Positions 37,652 through 51,532 of a stretch of 62,000 nucleotides of DNA are shown in pieces. The stretch is from Octopus vulgaris (Eukaryota). The notes under the pieces are model-generated. The model saw nothing but the letters and a program-made list of their open reading frames with translations, did not search any database and had not been told where the DNA came from. Location of the stretch: NCBI GenBank assembly GCA_951406725.2, contig OX597815.1:35608001-35670000 (forward strand). The letters run 5' to 3'. Each line of letters starts with the position of its first letter. Within the stretch, counting starts at the first letter, position 1. Both the position numbers and the translations under genes were made by a program.

Positions 37652-38300
37652 GACTCTAGGTCAACACAAATCGAGAAGACTCTATGGCAACACTAATCGA
37701 GAAGACTCTATGGCAATACTAATCGAGAAGACTCTAGGGCAACACTAATCGAGAAGACTCTATGGCAACACTAATCGAGAAGACTCTAGGGCAACACTAA
37801 TAGAGGACACTCTAGGGCAACACTAATCGAAAATACTCTAGGGCAACACTAATAGAGAAAACTCTTGGGCAACACTAATCGAGAAGACTCTAGGGCAACA
37901 CTAACAGAGAAGACTCGAGGGCAACACTAATCGAGAAGACTCTAGGCCAACACTAATCGAGAAGACTCCAGGGCAACACTAATCGAGAAGACTCTATGGC
38001 AACACTAATCGAGAAGACTCTAGGGCAACACTAATAGAGGAGACTCTAGGGCAACACTAATCGAAAAGACTCTAGGGCAACACTAATCGAAAATACTCTA
38101 GGGCAACACTAATAGAGAAGACTCTAGGGCAACACTAATCGAAAAGACTCTAGGGCAACACTAATCGAGAAGACTCTAGGGCCACACTAATCGAGAAGAC
38201 TCCAGGGCATCACTAATCGAGAAGACTCTAGGGCAACACTAATCGAAAAGACTCTTGGGCAACACTAATCGAGAAGACTCCAGGGTAACACTAATCAAAG
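37652..38300. repeat. 26-bp minisatellite, ~25 copies
   Basis: Unit gggcaacactaatcgagaagactcta, head-to-tail with point variants and no spacers. Confidence 0.95.
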
Positions 38301-39014
38301 GTTTTCTAATCATGACTACTCCGGTTTTTAATTATTTATTTATTTATTTATTTATTGTTGTCTTTACAGTCGTATCTAAGACTACATGAATAATGTCCGA
38401 ATCTTATTTAAAGTTGGGATTTGAAGGAGATTTGGCTACTATTTCTAATAGATCGAACAACCACCTTAGAGGCTTCCTCGTTGGCTCTGGTGAATAATAC
38501 TTGCGTGGTGCTCTCCCAGCATGTGATAGGAAGGCTGGTATTGAGAGTAGGGTTAGCGGGGGCTGCGAGTGCATTGCTTGCACCTGGAGCATTGACGCGG
38601 AATTGGTAATGCAGATTGACTACTCAGAGCATCCTGATTAAGTTTAAAAATACACTCATACGGAGAAAAGATGACGAGGAGGAAGAAGCGAAAGAAGGGA
38701 ATAAGGAGGAGAACAACAAAGAGGAATAGGAGGGTAGTGCTGATATATTTCGCTCACCAATTTTGGTATACATTTCACCATCGAATAATGGATGTTTTAT
38801 CATATATATATTTTTGGAACTATGGCATCATTGATTAGATATTTCCTCTGGTTCACTGACATTTCGGAGAATAAGAGTGATATGGGAGTGTGTGTGGATT
38901 GACCCAACAATTTACTGAAATTTCAATGATGATGATAAAGATGATGAAGATAATAATGGTGACGGCGACGTCGCCGGCGACGATGACGATTATAATGATG
39001 ATGATAGCGTGGAG

Positions 39015-39497
39015 GGCGGAGAGCTGGCAGAAACGTTAGCACGCCGGGCGAAATGCGTAGTCGTATTTCGTCTGTCGTTACGTTGTGAGTTCAAATTCCG
39101 CCGAGGTCGACTTTGCCTTTCATCCTTTCGGGGTCGATAAATTAAGTACCAGTTACGCACTGGGGTCGATGTAATTGACTTAATACCTATGTCTGTCTTT
39201 GTTTGTCCCCTCTATGTTTAGCCCCTTGTGGGTAATAAAGAAACATATAATGATGATGATAGCGTGGAGGGCGGCGAGCTGGCAGAAACATTAGCAGGCC
39301 AGGCGAAATGCGTAGCCGTATTTCGTCTGTCGTTACGTTGTGAGTTCAAATTCCGCCGAGGTCGACTTTGCCTTTCATTCTTTCGGCGTCGATAAATTAA
39401 GCACCAGTTACGCACTGGGGTCGATGTAATTGACTTAATACCTATGTCTGTCTTTGTTTGTCCCCTCTATGTTTAGCCCCTTGTGGGTAATAAGGAA
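39015..39497 (+). mobile_element. Two full-length SINE A copies in tandem, each preceded by the same 24-bp sequence
   Basis: tataatgatgatgatagcgtggag at 38991-39014 and 39246-39269. Copies at 39015-39245 and 39270-39497. Confidence 0.92.
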
Positions 39498-40010
39498 AGA
39501 AAAAATGGTGGTGACAATGATGATTATCTTGACAACGACCGCAACTACGGCGACAACAACGACGTCACCAAAGACTGCGAGGACGACGATGATATATTTC
39601 TTGTACGTTTAACGATGGTAATAACCATGACCCGACGACGACGACGACGACGATGGTGAGGATTATTAGCGTTTAACATGACAGGAATAGTAGCAGTAGT
39701 TAGTTTCAGCAAGTGAAAAAGAAAACAAGTGTATGACCTACTCACAACATCCTAATACGTCACACATTAGTTAGTGTATGCGCGCGCTTGTATGTACGGG
39801 ATCTTTTACTCGTTTTAGTCAACGGACTAACGTCCATGCTGGGGCATTGCCATAAAGGATTTTAGTCGAAGAAATCGCCCCCAATTTTTTCTTTTGGAAG
39901 GGCGGGGTTGTCTTTTTAAAGTTTGCTATTATATATCGGCCTCTTTAGGCTAAGTTACAAGGACACCCGATGGCAAACCGTGGTGGATAACAAACACAAA
40001 GACACAGGCA

Positions 40011-40085
<75 letters not shown>

Positions 40086-40088
<3 letters not shown>

Positions 40089-40301
40089 AGAGGTGGGGGC
40101 GAAAAGTTCCTGGCTTTGGGTAAAAGAAAATGCAGGATAATCAGTTAATTATGATTTTATTCAACACGTTCCCCACTCAGATACACACACTTATTGCAGC
40201 GGTCCTTCTGATCCTTTTAAGCCCTGAAAAAGAACTCAGAAGGCTGGACCTCCAGCCAGGCCTTTCGCGACACCCTTAAAGTCGGGAACTTTTCAGCCCC
40301 T

Positions 40302-40307
<6 letters not shown>
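40086..40307. mobile_element. Mariner-derived MITE (~220 bp); an end fragment of the same family lies at 36075-36136
   Basis: TIRs taagaggtgggggcgaaaagttcc / ggaacttttcagcccctcctcg. ccaggcctttcgcga.acccttaaagtcg is shared with the 36075-36136 stub. Confidence 0.7.
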
Positions 40308-40364
<57 letters not shown>

Positions 40365-40374
40365 CATGTGTGTG

Positions 40375-40589
40375 TATTCTTTTACTTTTATTCTGTTACT
40401 TGTTTCAGTCATTTGACTGCGGCCATGCTGTAGCATCATCTTTAGTGGAACGAATCGACCCCAGGACTTATTCTTTGAAAGCCTAGTACTTATTCTATCG
40501 ATCTCTTTTGCCGAACCGTTAAGTTGCATGAACGTAAACACACCAATATCGGTTGTCAAGCGATGGTTGGGACAAACACAGACACACAA

Positions 40590-40600
<11 letters not shown>
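40375..40600 (-). mobile_element. SINE family B 3' half
   Basis: cttttactttt..tttcagtcatttgactgcggccatgctg...gacaaacacagacacac. Confidence 0.85.
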
Positions 40601-40679
<79 letters not shown>

Positions 40680-40964
40680 GTGGGGTCATAGGGTTGTGAG
40701 GGTTGTAATATAATATTTATGGCCATACCTAGTCATGAGCTGTCAACTCACTCTATTCTTTTATTTAAGATAGACACAGTCGTCTAGGCTCAGATTTATT
40801 AGCTGATAAAGAGATATATGAATTAGAAATGAATTACAACCCTTACAATCCAATGGCTCCACTATACTCCATGTGATTCCTATAAGTTGTAGTCTATTCC
40901 TAGCTACAACAACAACAACATGAATTTCCTCCATCTTTTTACTCTGTTAAATTATTTAAGAAAA

Positions 40965-41190
40965 ATTATATTAATGTGTCCTACTTGATAAAATTCCACT
41001 TATTTGGGCAACTGAAGATAGCACTGCATTTAAACTGATGTAATGAATGCATTGTTCAATTAAATGGAGACGCTAGAAACGGTCGTACTGCATTTGATAT
41101 TCTGTTGCTTATTTTGATTTTACTCACCTTACTTCGAGGTATGCGGATAATACCGGACTGACTTAGTGCTTTAACTTAAGTATCTAATTC
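40965..41190 (+). mobile_element. Diverged single arm of the long-TIR element at 22099-22640
   Basis: aattatattaatgtgtcc..ctgaagatagc..aaatggagacgc..gttgcttattttgattt..ggataatacc..ctaaatct followed by (TA)n. Confidence 0.7.
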
Positions 41191-41198
41191 AACTAAAT

Positions 41199-41263
<65 letters not shown>

Positions 41264-41707
41264 CAAAAGATGGGGTGTATTTCCACGCAGGAAAAAATAA
41301 AGGCAAATTTGTTGTTGAAAATGCACCTAAATTTGAAAAACTTGTAATTGCTTGAAATAAATTTATTTACATATATACCAAATAAGTTTCAACAATACGT
41401 TTTGTTTATCAATGGTAAAAGTTTTAAATTATGAATCAGAAAAACAGCATTAAAAGTTTCAATGTTGACAAATTAAAATGTTCGTAACAGACAAATTTAG
41501 AACATTGAATTAGGAAAACATGTTCAGAAATTTCGATGTCGACAAGTCTAAATGTTCATAACAGTCAATAATATTAGACCTGTGCATCAATTTATTTGAA
41601 TGTACAAAGCTCATTAGTGTTAGTAGTAATCGACAAGAAATGAATATCATAAAACTTTTAATCATACTGAGTTAAGAGGGAAAAAGACAAGGGAAAAAAT
41701 GGAGATA

Positions 41708-42118
41708 GGCGCAGGAGTGGCTGTGTGGTAAGTAGCTTGCTAACCAACCACATGGTTCCGGGTTCAGTCCCACTGCGTGGCACCTTGGGCAAGTGTCTTC
41801 TGCTATAGCCCCGGGCCGACCAATGCCTTGTGAGTGGATTTGGTAGACGGAAACTGAAAGAAGCCTGTCGTATATATGTATATATATATATATGCATGTG
41901 TGTGTGTGTTTGTGTGTCTATGTTTGTCCCCCTAGCATTGCTTGACAGCCGATGCTGGTGTGTTTACGTCCCCGTCACTTAGCGGTTCGGCAAAAGAGAC
42001 CGATAGAATAAGTACTGGGCTTACAAAGAATAAGTCCCGGGGTCGATTTGCTCGTCTAAAGGCGGTGCTCCAGCATGGCCGCAGTCAAATGACTGAAACA
42101 AGTAAAAGAGTAAAAGAG
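41708..42118 (+). mobile_element. SINE family B, full-length reference copy
   Basis: tRNA-like head ggcgcaggagtggctgtgtggtaag..gggttcagtccc, CORE-like caccttgggcaagtgtctt, internal TA/TG microsatellite, tail ggcggtgctccagcatggcc..(agtaaaag)n. Confidence 0.92.
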
Positions 42119-42129
42119 ATAGTAAAAAA

Positions 42130-44030
42130 GGGGATTTGGTTTACTTTCTCTGATCCTCTTTTCGTCGTGCGTAGGAACTTTCGCTTGTAGCGATGTGCTT
42201 TGGAATCCGGTGTATTTATAATTTATTCCGCGAGCGGATCTGATTTTTTATTCATTAAAGTACAGGTGCGTCTTGTTTTTCTGGTTGTCAAGTTTGTCGT
42301 TCTGCCTGGTTGGCTTCCTTGTGGGGTACGGGCATCAGTCTTTCCGGTTGATTGATTCTCTTAAAGTGTCATTTTGTTGTATTTGCTGATGTTCGGTTTC
42401 GATTTGTCTAGAGTTAGGCGACGTCAGCAACTAGCGTTTGTAAAATTTCATTGGTCTAGACATAGGTGACGTCGGCAATTGGTGTTTGTATGGTGATTTG
42501 GAGTTGCAGTTTCGAAACCCGGGTGGAAGACTTTTACTAAAGTATTTAAAATTGTTTGTTGTTCCTAGTTATTATTTTTGTTTTTGTGGAGAAATTGAAC
42601 CTTTTTCCCTTTTTCTCTTTAGTGTTTTTTCTTCTTTCTAAAGCTGTGCTTTATATTTTTTAATGAACACACTTTCCTTATTTAAACGGAATTGGGTTGA
42701 TAGAGAGGGAAGATATGGTATTTCAGGTTTATATTTACAGGGCATTGGTCTAGATGTTTGCTTACGGGAATTAGTCTGTCCCTCAAGGTTAAACTAATTT
42801 GACCTATGTAGTCTCCACCACACTCTCCACATTTGGGAACATAGACTAAGTTCTTCAAAGCACAGGGGAAGTGATTTTTTAATGGTAAAACTTTGACCTG
42901 ACCTAAATTTGTATGTTGAGCCCTCTAAGAGGAAGATGCAAGTTCTGCAGTTAGGGCGGTTGCGTATTTGGCTAATGAGGTTGTATTTTTGGTGGGTAAT
43001 TTGGCGCTGGTGAATAACTTTTTTTAGGGATTGCGGTTGTCTTTTGCTTTTAATAATCCAGTATTTCCAGTGCCTTTTCTATTCGTGGGTCCTTCATATG
43101 GAGGGGTATATTTTGGTGGGTGATGTTTTATGCTTCCATGTTCCTCAGAGTGTGTGTTGATATGAAAGATAAAGTTTTCAGTGTGTCATGGTGCCTTCTT
43201 GTTTTCCGTAATTCTTGGTTGTCTATCATTTTTGCGCATTCTATTCCGTTTTTTATTAGATTGGCCGGGTATTTTCTATCTAGTAATGTGTTTTTAAGTT
43301 CTTGGAGTCGCTTTTCTCGGGTTTCAGGATATGATGCAATCGTGCAAATTCTTCCAGCTAAGTTAAACGATATATTTATTTTAGTATGTTTTGGGTGGCA
43401 GGAGGAGAATAGAAGATATTGTTTTGAGACCGATGGTTTGAAGAAGATGTCGGTTTCAATCTTAGTATCTCTCTTTATTATTAAGATGGCCGGGAAGGGT
43501 AGTTGTTGGTGGTTGTATTCCATAGTGAATTGGATACTGTGATCAATGCTGTTGATTAAGTTTTTAAATTCTGTGAGTTGTTCAATGTTATGCGGCCAAA
43601 GGATGAAACAGTCATCCAGATAGCGTTTCCAGTTGGTAAGTAGGTATTTTTGGAAATTTTCCCCAAATTTTAATCTTGCGTGTTCGTATATTTGGACTTC
43701 CAAGTATGCCATGACAAGGTTGGCAAAAGTAGGTGCTACTCTCGTTCCCATCACCGTGCCCGATTTTTGTCTATAAGGGTTTTCGTTGAAATTGAAGAAG
43801 TTGTTCTGTAGAATGAACCTTATTCCTTCAACGATGAATTCTTTTCCAATTTGGTCAGGAAAGTCATTTGAGAATTTTTCAAGTCAGTATTGCTTGGCTA
43901 TTATTCCGAATTCGTGAGGAATCGAGGTGTAGAGGTTTATTACATCGAATGAAACCAGAAGGGAGTCCTTGCTGGTTTTGCTCGGGAGATACTTTAAAAA
44001 GTCCAGATCATCTCTTATAAAGCTTCGTAT
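42130..44030 (-). pseudogene. Penelope-like element: RT plus C-terminal GIY-YIG endonuclease, decayed
   Basis: SFIRDDLDFL..LVSFDVINLYTSIPH (~43920-44030); ORF 43128-43754 MGTRVAPTFANL..WKRYLDDCF..SSCHPKH; KNLVYVPKCGECGGDYIGQ (~42800-42860). Confidence 0.92.
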
Positions 44031-44089
44031 ATGTTGGAGAATAGGTTTAAGGTGAAGATGCATATATATATATATATATTATTATTATA

Positions 44090-44982
<893 letters not shown>

Positions 44983-45013
44983 GTGTATGTATGTATGATT
45001 GTATGCATAAGTA

Positions 45014-46273
45014 TAACAGATCCTCTCATAAGTTCAGTTCGATTTTATCTTTTTTTTAATTGAATAAAATTTAATAGAATTTTAGAATATCTAATGGAAT
45101 TTAAAATTATTTTTATGCATTTGTGTACATTTAAACTAATTAAAAATTATTTTACAGAATAACAGAATTAAAATTTCTTTGATTAAAACCCTTTCTAACA
45201 TGGAAGTATCCAAAGAGCATTTGAGGCACATAATGCTTTATGAGTACAATAAAAGGAAACTCTGCAGCCGAGCAACTCGAAATATACACTCAGATTATGG
45301 GAAAGAATGCTTGAATCAAAGATGGTTTGCAAAATTCAGAAGTGGAGATTTCAACCTCAAAGATGAAGATCCAACAGGACTTCCCGTTGAGTTTGATGAT
45401 AAGCTCCTTAAGGTATTACTTGAAGAAAATCCTGCATTATCAGTTGAAGAATTTGGCAATAAAGCTTAGTTCAAACCACACAACTGTTCATCGTCATCTT
45501 CAACAACTTGGAAAGGTTCCTAAACTTGGAAAATGGGTGCCTCATGAATTGTCCGAAAACAACCGCAAATCCCGACTTGACATCTGCTCTTCTTTCCATT
45601 CCCGCGAACTCATTTCACCCTTTTTGGATAGACTTGTGACTGGTGACGAAAAGTGGATCTTCCATCGAAATGTTAAACGTTGTAAACAGTGGCTTGGTAA
45701 AAAGGAAAAAGTTCAACCACAACCGAGAAGGGAACTTTATGGGGAAAAGGTTCTTCTCTCTATCCGGTGGGATTGTAAAGGAGTAACTCACTTTGAATTG
45801 TTACCACCTAATGCAACAATCAAAGCCCAAGTCTACTGTCAGCAATTAGAGTATTTCAACCAAACTTTGAAGGAAAAGAGACCTGCTTTAGTGAATCGGA
45901 ATGGAGTGATGTTTCATGAGAACAATGCGCAACCCACACACAGAAGGTCGAAGAACTTGGGAAAAAATTCCTCATCCACCTTATTCTCCCGACCTTGCTC
46001 CTTCAGACTACCATTTGTTTCGTAGTTTACAGAATCATTTAGGGGACATAACTTTCGCAAGCCAGGAGGAGGTCGAAACTGACATTTCAGAGTTGTTCGC
46101 TTAGAAACCAAAAGAGTTTTACATTGATTGGCTTAAAAAGCTTGTAAGTAGATGGAAGGAAGTCATAGATAATCAGGGAAAGTACATTGATGATTAAATT
46201 TCGATTAAGTATAACATTTGACCACTTGTTTTCTTTATTCAAAATTCGGACAGAACTTATGGGATGACCTGAT
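45014..46273 (+). mobile_element. Full-length mariner element (~1.26 kb) with frameshifted transposase
   Basis: WVPHEL, LVTGDEKW and HPPYSPDLAPSDYHLF motifs. Right TIR aaaattcggacagaacttatgggatgacctgata, decayed left TIR, TA flanks. Confidence 0.93.
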
Positions 46274-46410
46274 ATATATATAGCGGACTTATTCATTTGC
46301 CACCCACCAGATCCGCTCACAAGGTTTTTGGTCAGCCCAGGGTTATAGTAGAACACATTTGGCCAGAGTGCCACACTGAGACTGAATTCAGAACTATATA
46401 GTTGGGTATA

Positions 46411-46635
46411 GGCGGCGAGCTGGCAGAAACGTTAGCAGGCCGGGCGAAATGCGTAGCCGTATTTCGTCTGCCGTTACATTCTCAGTTCAAATTCCGCCGA
46501 GGTCGACTTTGCCTTTCATCCTTTCGAGGTCGATAAATTAAGTACCAGTGACGCATTGATGTAGATATAATCGACTTAATACTTTGTCCTTGTTTGTCCC
46601 CTCTATGTTTTGCTTCTTGTGGGTAATAAAGAAAT
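46411..46635 (+). mobile_element. SINE family A nested in a reverse-strand SINE B head (46290-46680)
   Basis: Full head and young tail. The flanks tatatagttggg / tatatagctggg resemble a TSD. Confidence 0.88.
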
Positions 46636-46806
46636 ATATATAGCTGGGAAGCAAATTTCCTTCCATATAGACACTCCAGCGTCTTTAATATATTTTTAAT
46701 GTGTTTATCTTTTATTTTTCACTTGTTTGACATTAGACCGCAGCCATGTTGTGCAACACTAGCATCACTTGTCAAACGGTGAAGGGGGACAAATAGACAG
46801 AAACAG

Positions 46807-46851
<45 letters not shown>

Positions 46852-47039
46852 AATACATACGACTGGCTTCTTCCAGCTTCCCTCTACTGAATCCCCTTAC
46901 AACCATGTGGTCGGGAAGCAAGCTACTTACCACACAGCCACGCCTTCTTTATTTATTAGTAACCAAGAAGGAATTTTTTTTATTTAAAAACTTAACTTAT
47001 TTATTATTTCTTATCATTAGTCATAGTCTTATTATTTTA

Positions 47040-47266
47040 TTTGTTTCAGTCATATGACTGCAGCCACGCTGGAGCACCGCCTTTTAGTCGAGCAAATCGA
47101 GCCCAACACTTATTCGACTCCAGTACTTATTCTATCGGGCTCTTTTGCCGAACCGCTAAGTTACGGGTGACGTAAACTCACCAGCATTGGTTGTCAAGTG
47201 ATGTTGTGGGGGACCAACGCAGATACCACAAACATATACACACACGCACGCACACACACGCACACA

Positions 47267-47330
<64 letters not shown>

Positions 47331-47445
47331 GGGGCTTCTTTCAATTTCCGTCAACCAAATCCACTCACAAGGCTTTGGTCGGCTGCCCAAAGTGCCACGC
47401 AGTAGGACTAAACCCGGAACTATGTGGTTGGTAAGCCACTCCTGC
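47040..47445 (-). mobile_element. SINE family B with internal (CA)n; another fragment at ~46720-46945
   Basis: Collinear with 41708-42118, with small deletions. Confidence 0.85.
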
Positions 47446-47809
47446 GCTTATGTTAACTAATTTCAATCAGTTTCGGATGTGGATTCCACGTGATAGAAGT
47501 TTACAAACTTCACAAGTTCAAACCTAGAAGAGGTCAACTTTGACGTTTATTCTTCCAGGCTGGATATTATTAGTACCAGTTGCTGTTGCTACTGTTTAGC
47601 CCATGGTCAATCTTGAGCAAGTACACCTGTGTATCCCAGTCTTCCTGTATCTAAAATTACACAATGGAAATGTGTCTCTATTTTAAAGTATGGTTTGGGA
47701 GAGATTTGACTGCTATTTCTAATCGATGGAAAGGCTATGTAGTGGTTTCCTTTTTGGTTCGACACGTACCAGTAAAATATTCGGATAAGTTTGATTATGG
47801 TCTCTAGAA

Positions 47810-48007
47810 GAATCGTTAGAGCGACGGTCAAAATGCTTAGCAGTATTTCTTCCGACTTTATGTCCTGGGTTCAAATGCCTCCGAAACCGACTTTAGTTTT
47901 CATCCTTTCGGGGTCGATAAAGTAAGTACCAGTTGAACATTGGGGTCGAGCTAATTGATTTATTCCCCCTCACCTAAAATTGCTAGTCTTGTACCAAAAT
48001 TTAAAAC

Positions 48008-48083
<76 letters not shown>

Positions 48084-48527
48084 ATTATTATGTAAAAGGT
48101 GGCGAGCTGATAGAATCGTTAGCACGCAGGGCGAAATGCTTTGCGGCACTTGGTCTGTCTGCACGTTCTGAGTTCAAATTACGCCGAAATCGACTTTACC
48201 TTTCATCCTTTCGGGGTCGATAAAATAAGTACCAGTTACGCACTGATTCGATGTAATCGTCTTAATCCCTTCCCCCAAATTTGAGGCCTTGTGCTTCCAG
48301 AAGAAATAATTATTATTATTATTAAGATAGTCAGGTGGCAGAACTGGTAGCACGCCGGGTAAAATGCTTAGCGGCATTTCGTCCGTTTTTGCGTTCTCAG
48401 TTGAAATTCCACCAAAGTCGACTTTACCTTTCATGCTTTCGGAGTCGATAAAATAAGTACCAGTTGAGCACTAGTTTCGATGTAATCGACTTAGCTCCAC
48501 CCCCACCTTGTGTCTTTAATAGAAAAG

Positions 48528-48545
<18 letters not shown>
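47810..48545 (+). mobile_element. Three old-tail SINE A copies head-to-tail, each ending in (ATT)n
   Basis: Copies at ~47810-48010, ~48098-48310 and ~48333-48530, with tails gccttgtgc / cttgtacc followed by attattatt runs. Confidence 0.85.
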
Positions 48546-48584
<39 letters not shown>

Positions 48585-49319
48585 GAGTGCCACGTAGTAT
48601 TACTGGCTCATTCGTCTCAAAAATTAGTCGTAGACCGTTTAGAGAATAACTAACGTTTTGGGTGGATCACGTTATAAATAGATTCTCCTACTCTTATACA
48701 GAAGTAGTGGAGTTATAAAAATATATATTTATAGCAACATAAACTGAGACAGCGAGACAAGTTAATTGATCAAGCCATACAAGTGGATCGGTGTTGGTAA
48801 CAACAGGATGTCATTCGTCGTTCCGTCATCTCGTAATCCAAACAACCAACCGCATCTGTCAACAGTAGCTATGTTTTTGAATCCTTGTCACAAAAATCTA
48901 AACACGTACATTTAAAAATGATCAAATTTCAGGTTCTGTGACCGAAACAGTTATTCTCTAACAAAATACCTTGCTGTATTTGATTGAAATTTCTTCACGT
49001 TTTGATTTCAAATCTCACCGAGGTCTTTCATCCCTCTGAGGTCGATAGAATAAGTTTCCAGTCAAGTACTGGAATCAATGTAATCGACTCCCCCACCCAC
49101 ACACACAGCCTCAAAAACTGCTGAAATTATTGGAGAGGTGGATGAAATGTCCGAATCGTTGGAACGTCGAAGAAAATGCTTTTCCGTATTTGTTCCAGCT
49201 TCGTATGCTCAGAGTTCATATGTCACCTTTTGGAATCGATAAAGTAAGGTACCAGTCAAGTATTTATAATTTTTCGTTATAATCGAATATTGCAGCCTCC
49301 CTCAAAATTGCGCTTGAAT

Positions 49320-49930
49320 TGGTTTCAAATGTGTGGCACAAGGCCAGCAATTTCGATGGCGGAGTTAAGACGATTACTTCGACTCCAATGTTCAACTGGT
49401 ACTTATGTTATCGACCTTGAAAGAATGAACGGCAAAGTCGACCTCGGCGGAATTTGAACTCGGAACGTAAAGATGGACGAAATACCTATTTCTTTATTAC
49501 CCACAAGGGGCTAAACACAGAGGGGACAAACAAGGACAGACACACGGATTAAGCCGATTACATCGACTCCAGTGCGTAACTGGTACTTATTTAATCGACC
49601 CCCGAAAGGACGAAAGGCAAAGTCGACCTCGGCGGAATTTGAACTCACAACATAACGGCAAACGAAATACCTATTTCTTTACTACCCACAAGGGGCTAAA
49701 CACAGACGGGACAAACAAGGACAGACAAACGGATTAAGTCGATTACATCGACCCCAGTGCGTAACTAGTACTTATTTAATCGACCCCGAAATGATGAAAG
49801 GCAAAGTCGACCTCGGCGGAATTTGAACTCAGAACGTAACAGCAGACGAAATACCGCAAAGCATTTCGCCCGGCGTGCTAACGTTCTCACAACGTAACGG
49901 CAGACGAAATACCGCTAAGCATTTCGCCCG
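49320..49930 (-). mobile_element. Second SINE A stacked array (duplicated head, two young-tail units, one old-tail unit)
   Basis: Junctions acgaaatacctatttc at ~49477-49492 and ~49662-49677. Old tail ggccttgtgccacacatttgaaacc at ~49320-49350. ~55-bp head duplication at ~49835-49930. Confidence 0.9.
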
Positions 49931-50200
49931 GTGTGAAAACTTGCTGCCTTAAAAGATTGTGTCTAAATTAAAGATAATTAAGGGCAGCGAATTAGCAGAA
50001 TCGTTGGCGCATTGGGCAAAATGTCTTGCAGTATTTTGTTGCATCATTCTGTTTTGAGACCAAATCCATTTTGTGCGTGATGTAACATTACGACGACTGA
50101 TGACAACATTTCGACAACGAAACATTCAACGATGGAAGTTTTAACGAGTTTTAAAGAATAAAGTCATGTGAAATGTTCGGACAGGCATGTAATGCGAAAA

Positions 50201-50245
<45 letters not shown>

Positions 50246-50365
50246 ACACACACGCACACACAAATACATAAACTGAAATTAAACGTTAAATTACAAAAAA
50301 ACTTTTTTTTTTTTTTTTAGTAATTCAACTCTTGGAGTTTGTCAAACAAATTACAATTTTCGGCG

Positions 50366-50878
50366 GAATTCTGGTTTAAGCACCCCCATAAGCCCCCAGA
50401 ACTATTTTAGTTTTTGGAATCTACAGAAAATTTTCGCGAATTTCTATTCTAGACACAGGAATTCATACAATTATGCAAAAAAAATAATAATAATTTCTTT
50501 AACCATCAACCCAATAAACTCTTCAAATTCCACTGTTTTCGAAATTTTTAAAAATCAGGGTTTAAAATAAGGACACTCCGAATTGTTTGCTTAAATCCCA
50601 GCTGTAGACCACACTTGAGTGCATCATCGTTCAGTTTAATGATATTATAGAGAAAAGGGTATTGAAAACATCAATACATGTCGGAGTGACAAAGAAACGA
50701 GGAAGGTATCAGGTGGTCGTGAGTTGTGCTAAAGCAACAACTAAATCACCTTTAAATCACACACTTTTTTTTTTCATAATCGTATAAATTCCCGTGTGTA
50801 GAACATAAAATTCGCAAAAATTTTCTGTAGATTCCAAAACTTTTTTAAAAAAAGTTATGAGTGCTTAAGTCAGCATTC
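50366..50878. mobile_element. Old MITE with ~120-bp diverged TIRs
   Basis: ttttggaatctacagaaaattttcgcgaattt..catacaattatg (50411-50485) is inverted at 50766-50840. The outer gaattctggtttaagcac / gtgcttaagtcagcattc also pair. Confidence 0.7.
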
Positions 50879-51128
50879 TGCCCAATTTTCATATCTCATG
50901 AGCCATATCAACTCGCAGAAATATGAATCAACCATAGAAGGGTGGATCCCACAGCGACAGTAATAGACGGGTACAAGCAGGAAACCACAATGCTACTGAC
51001 GAGTCAGCAAGCTACAAAACAGCTTGGCTTGGAAACAGGCACCAATATATCTGTGGTTTTCGACAAGCTAAAATTACCCCAAATCTGCTAACTTCAAAAG
51101 CTATTAACTTTTTATTAATTAATTTATA

Positions 51129-51532
51129 GGCGCAGGAGTGGCTGTGTGGTAAGAAGCTTGCTTACTAGTCACATGGTTCCGGGTTCATGCCCACTGCGTG
51201 GCACCTTGGGCGTTTTCTACTATAACCTCGGGCCGACCAAAGCCTTGTGAGTGGATTTGGTAGACGGAAACAGAAAAAAGCCCGTCGTATATATGTGTAT
51301 ATGTATATATATGTATGTATGTGTGTGTATGTTTGTGTGTCTGTGTTTGTCCCCCCAACATCGCTTGACAACCGATGCTGGTGTGTTTACGTACCCGTAA
51401 CTTAGAGGTTCGTTAAAAGAGGCCGATAGAATAAGTACTAGGCTTACAAAGAATAAGTCGTGGGATCGATTTGCTCGACTAAAGGCAGTGCTCCAGCATG
51501 GCCACAGTCACATGACTGAAACAAGTAAAAGA
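51129..51532 (+). mobile_element. SINE family B, full length
   Basis: ggcgcaggagtggctgtgtggtaag...gactgaaacaagtaaaagag. Confidence 0.92.

Noticed and set aside
37652-38300. CRISPR-like appearance of the 26-bp repeats
   Set aside because: Units are contiguous with no unique spacers, there are no cas genes, and the context is eukaryotic.
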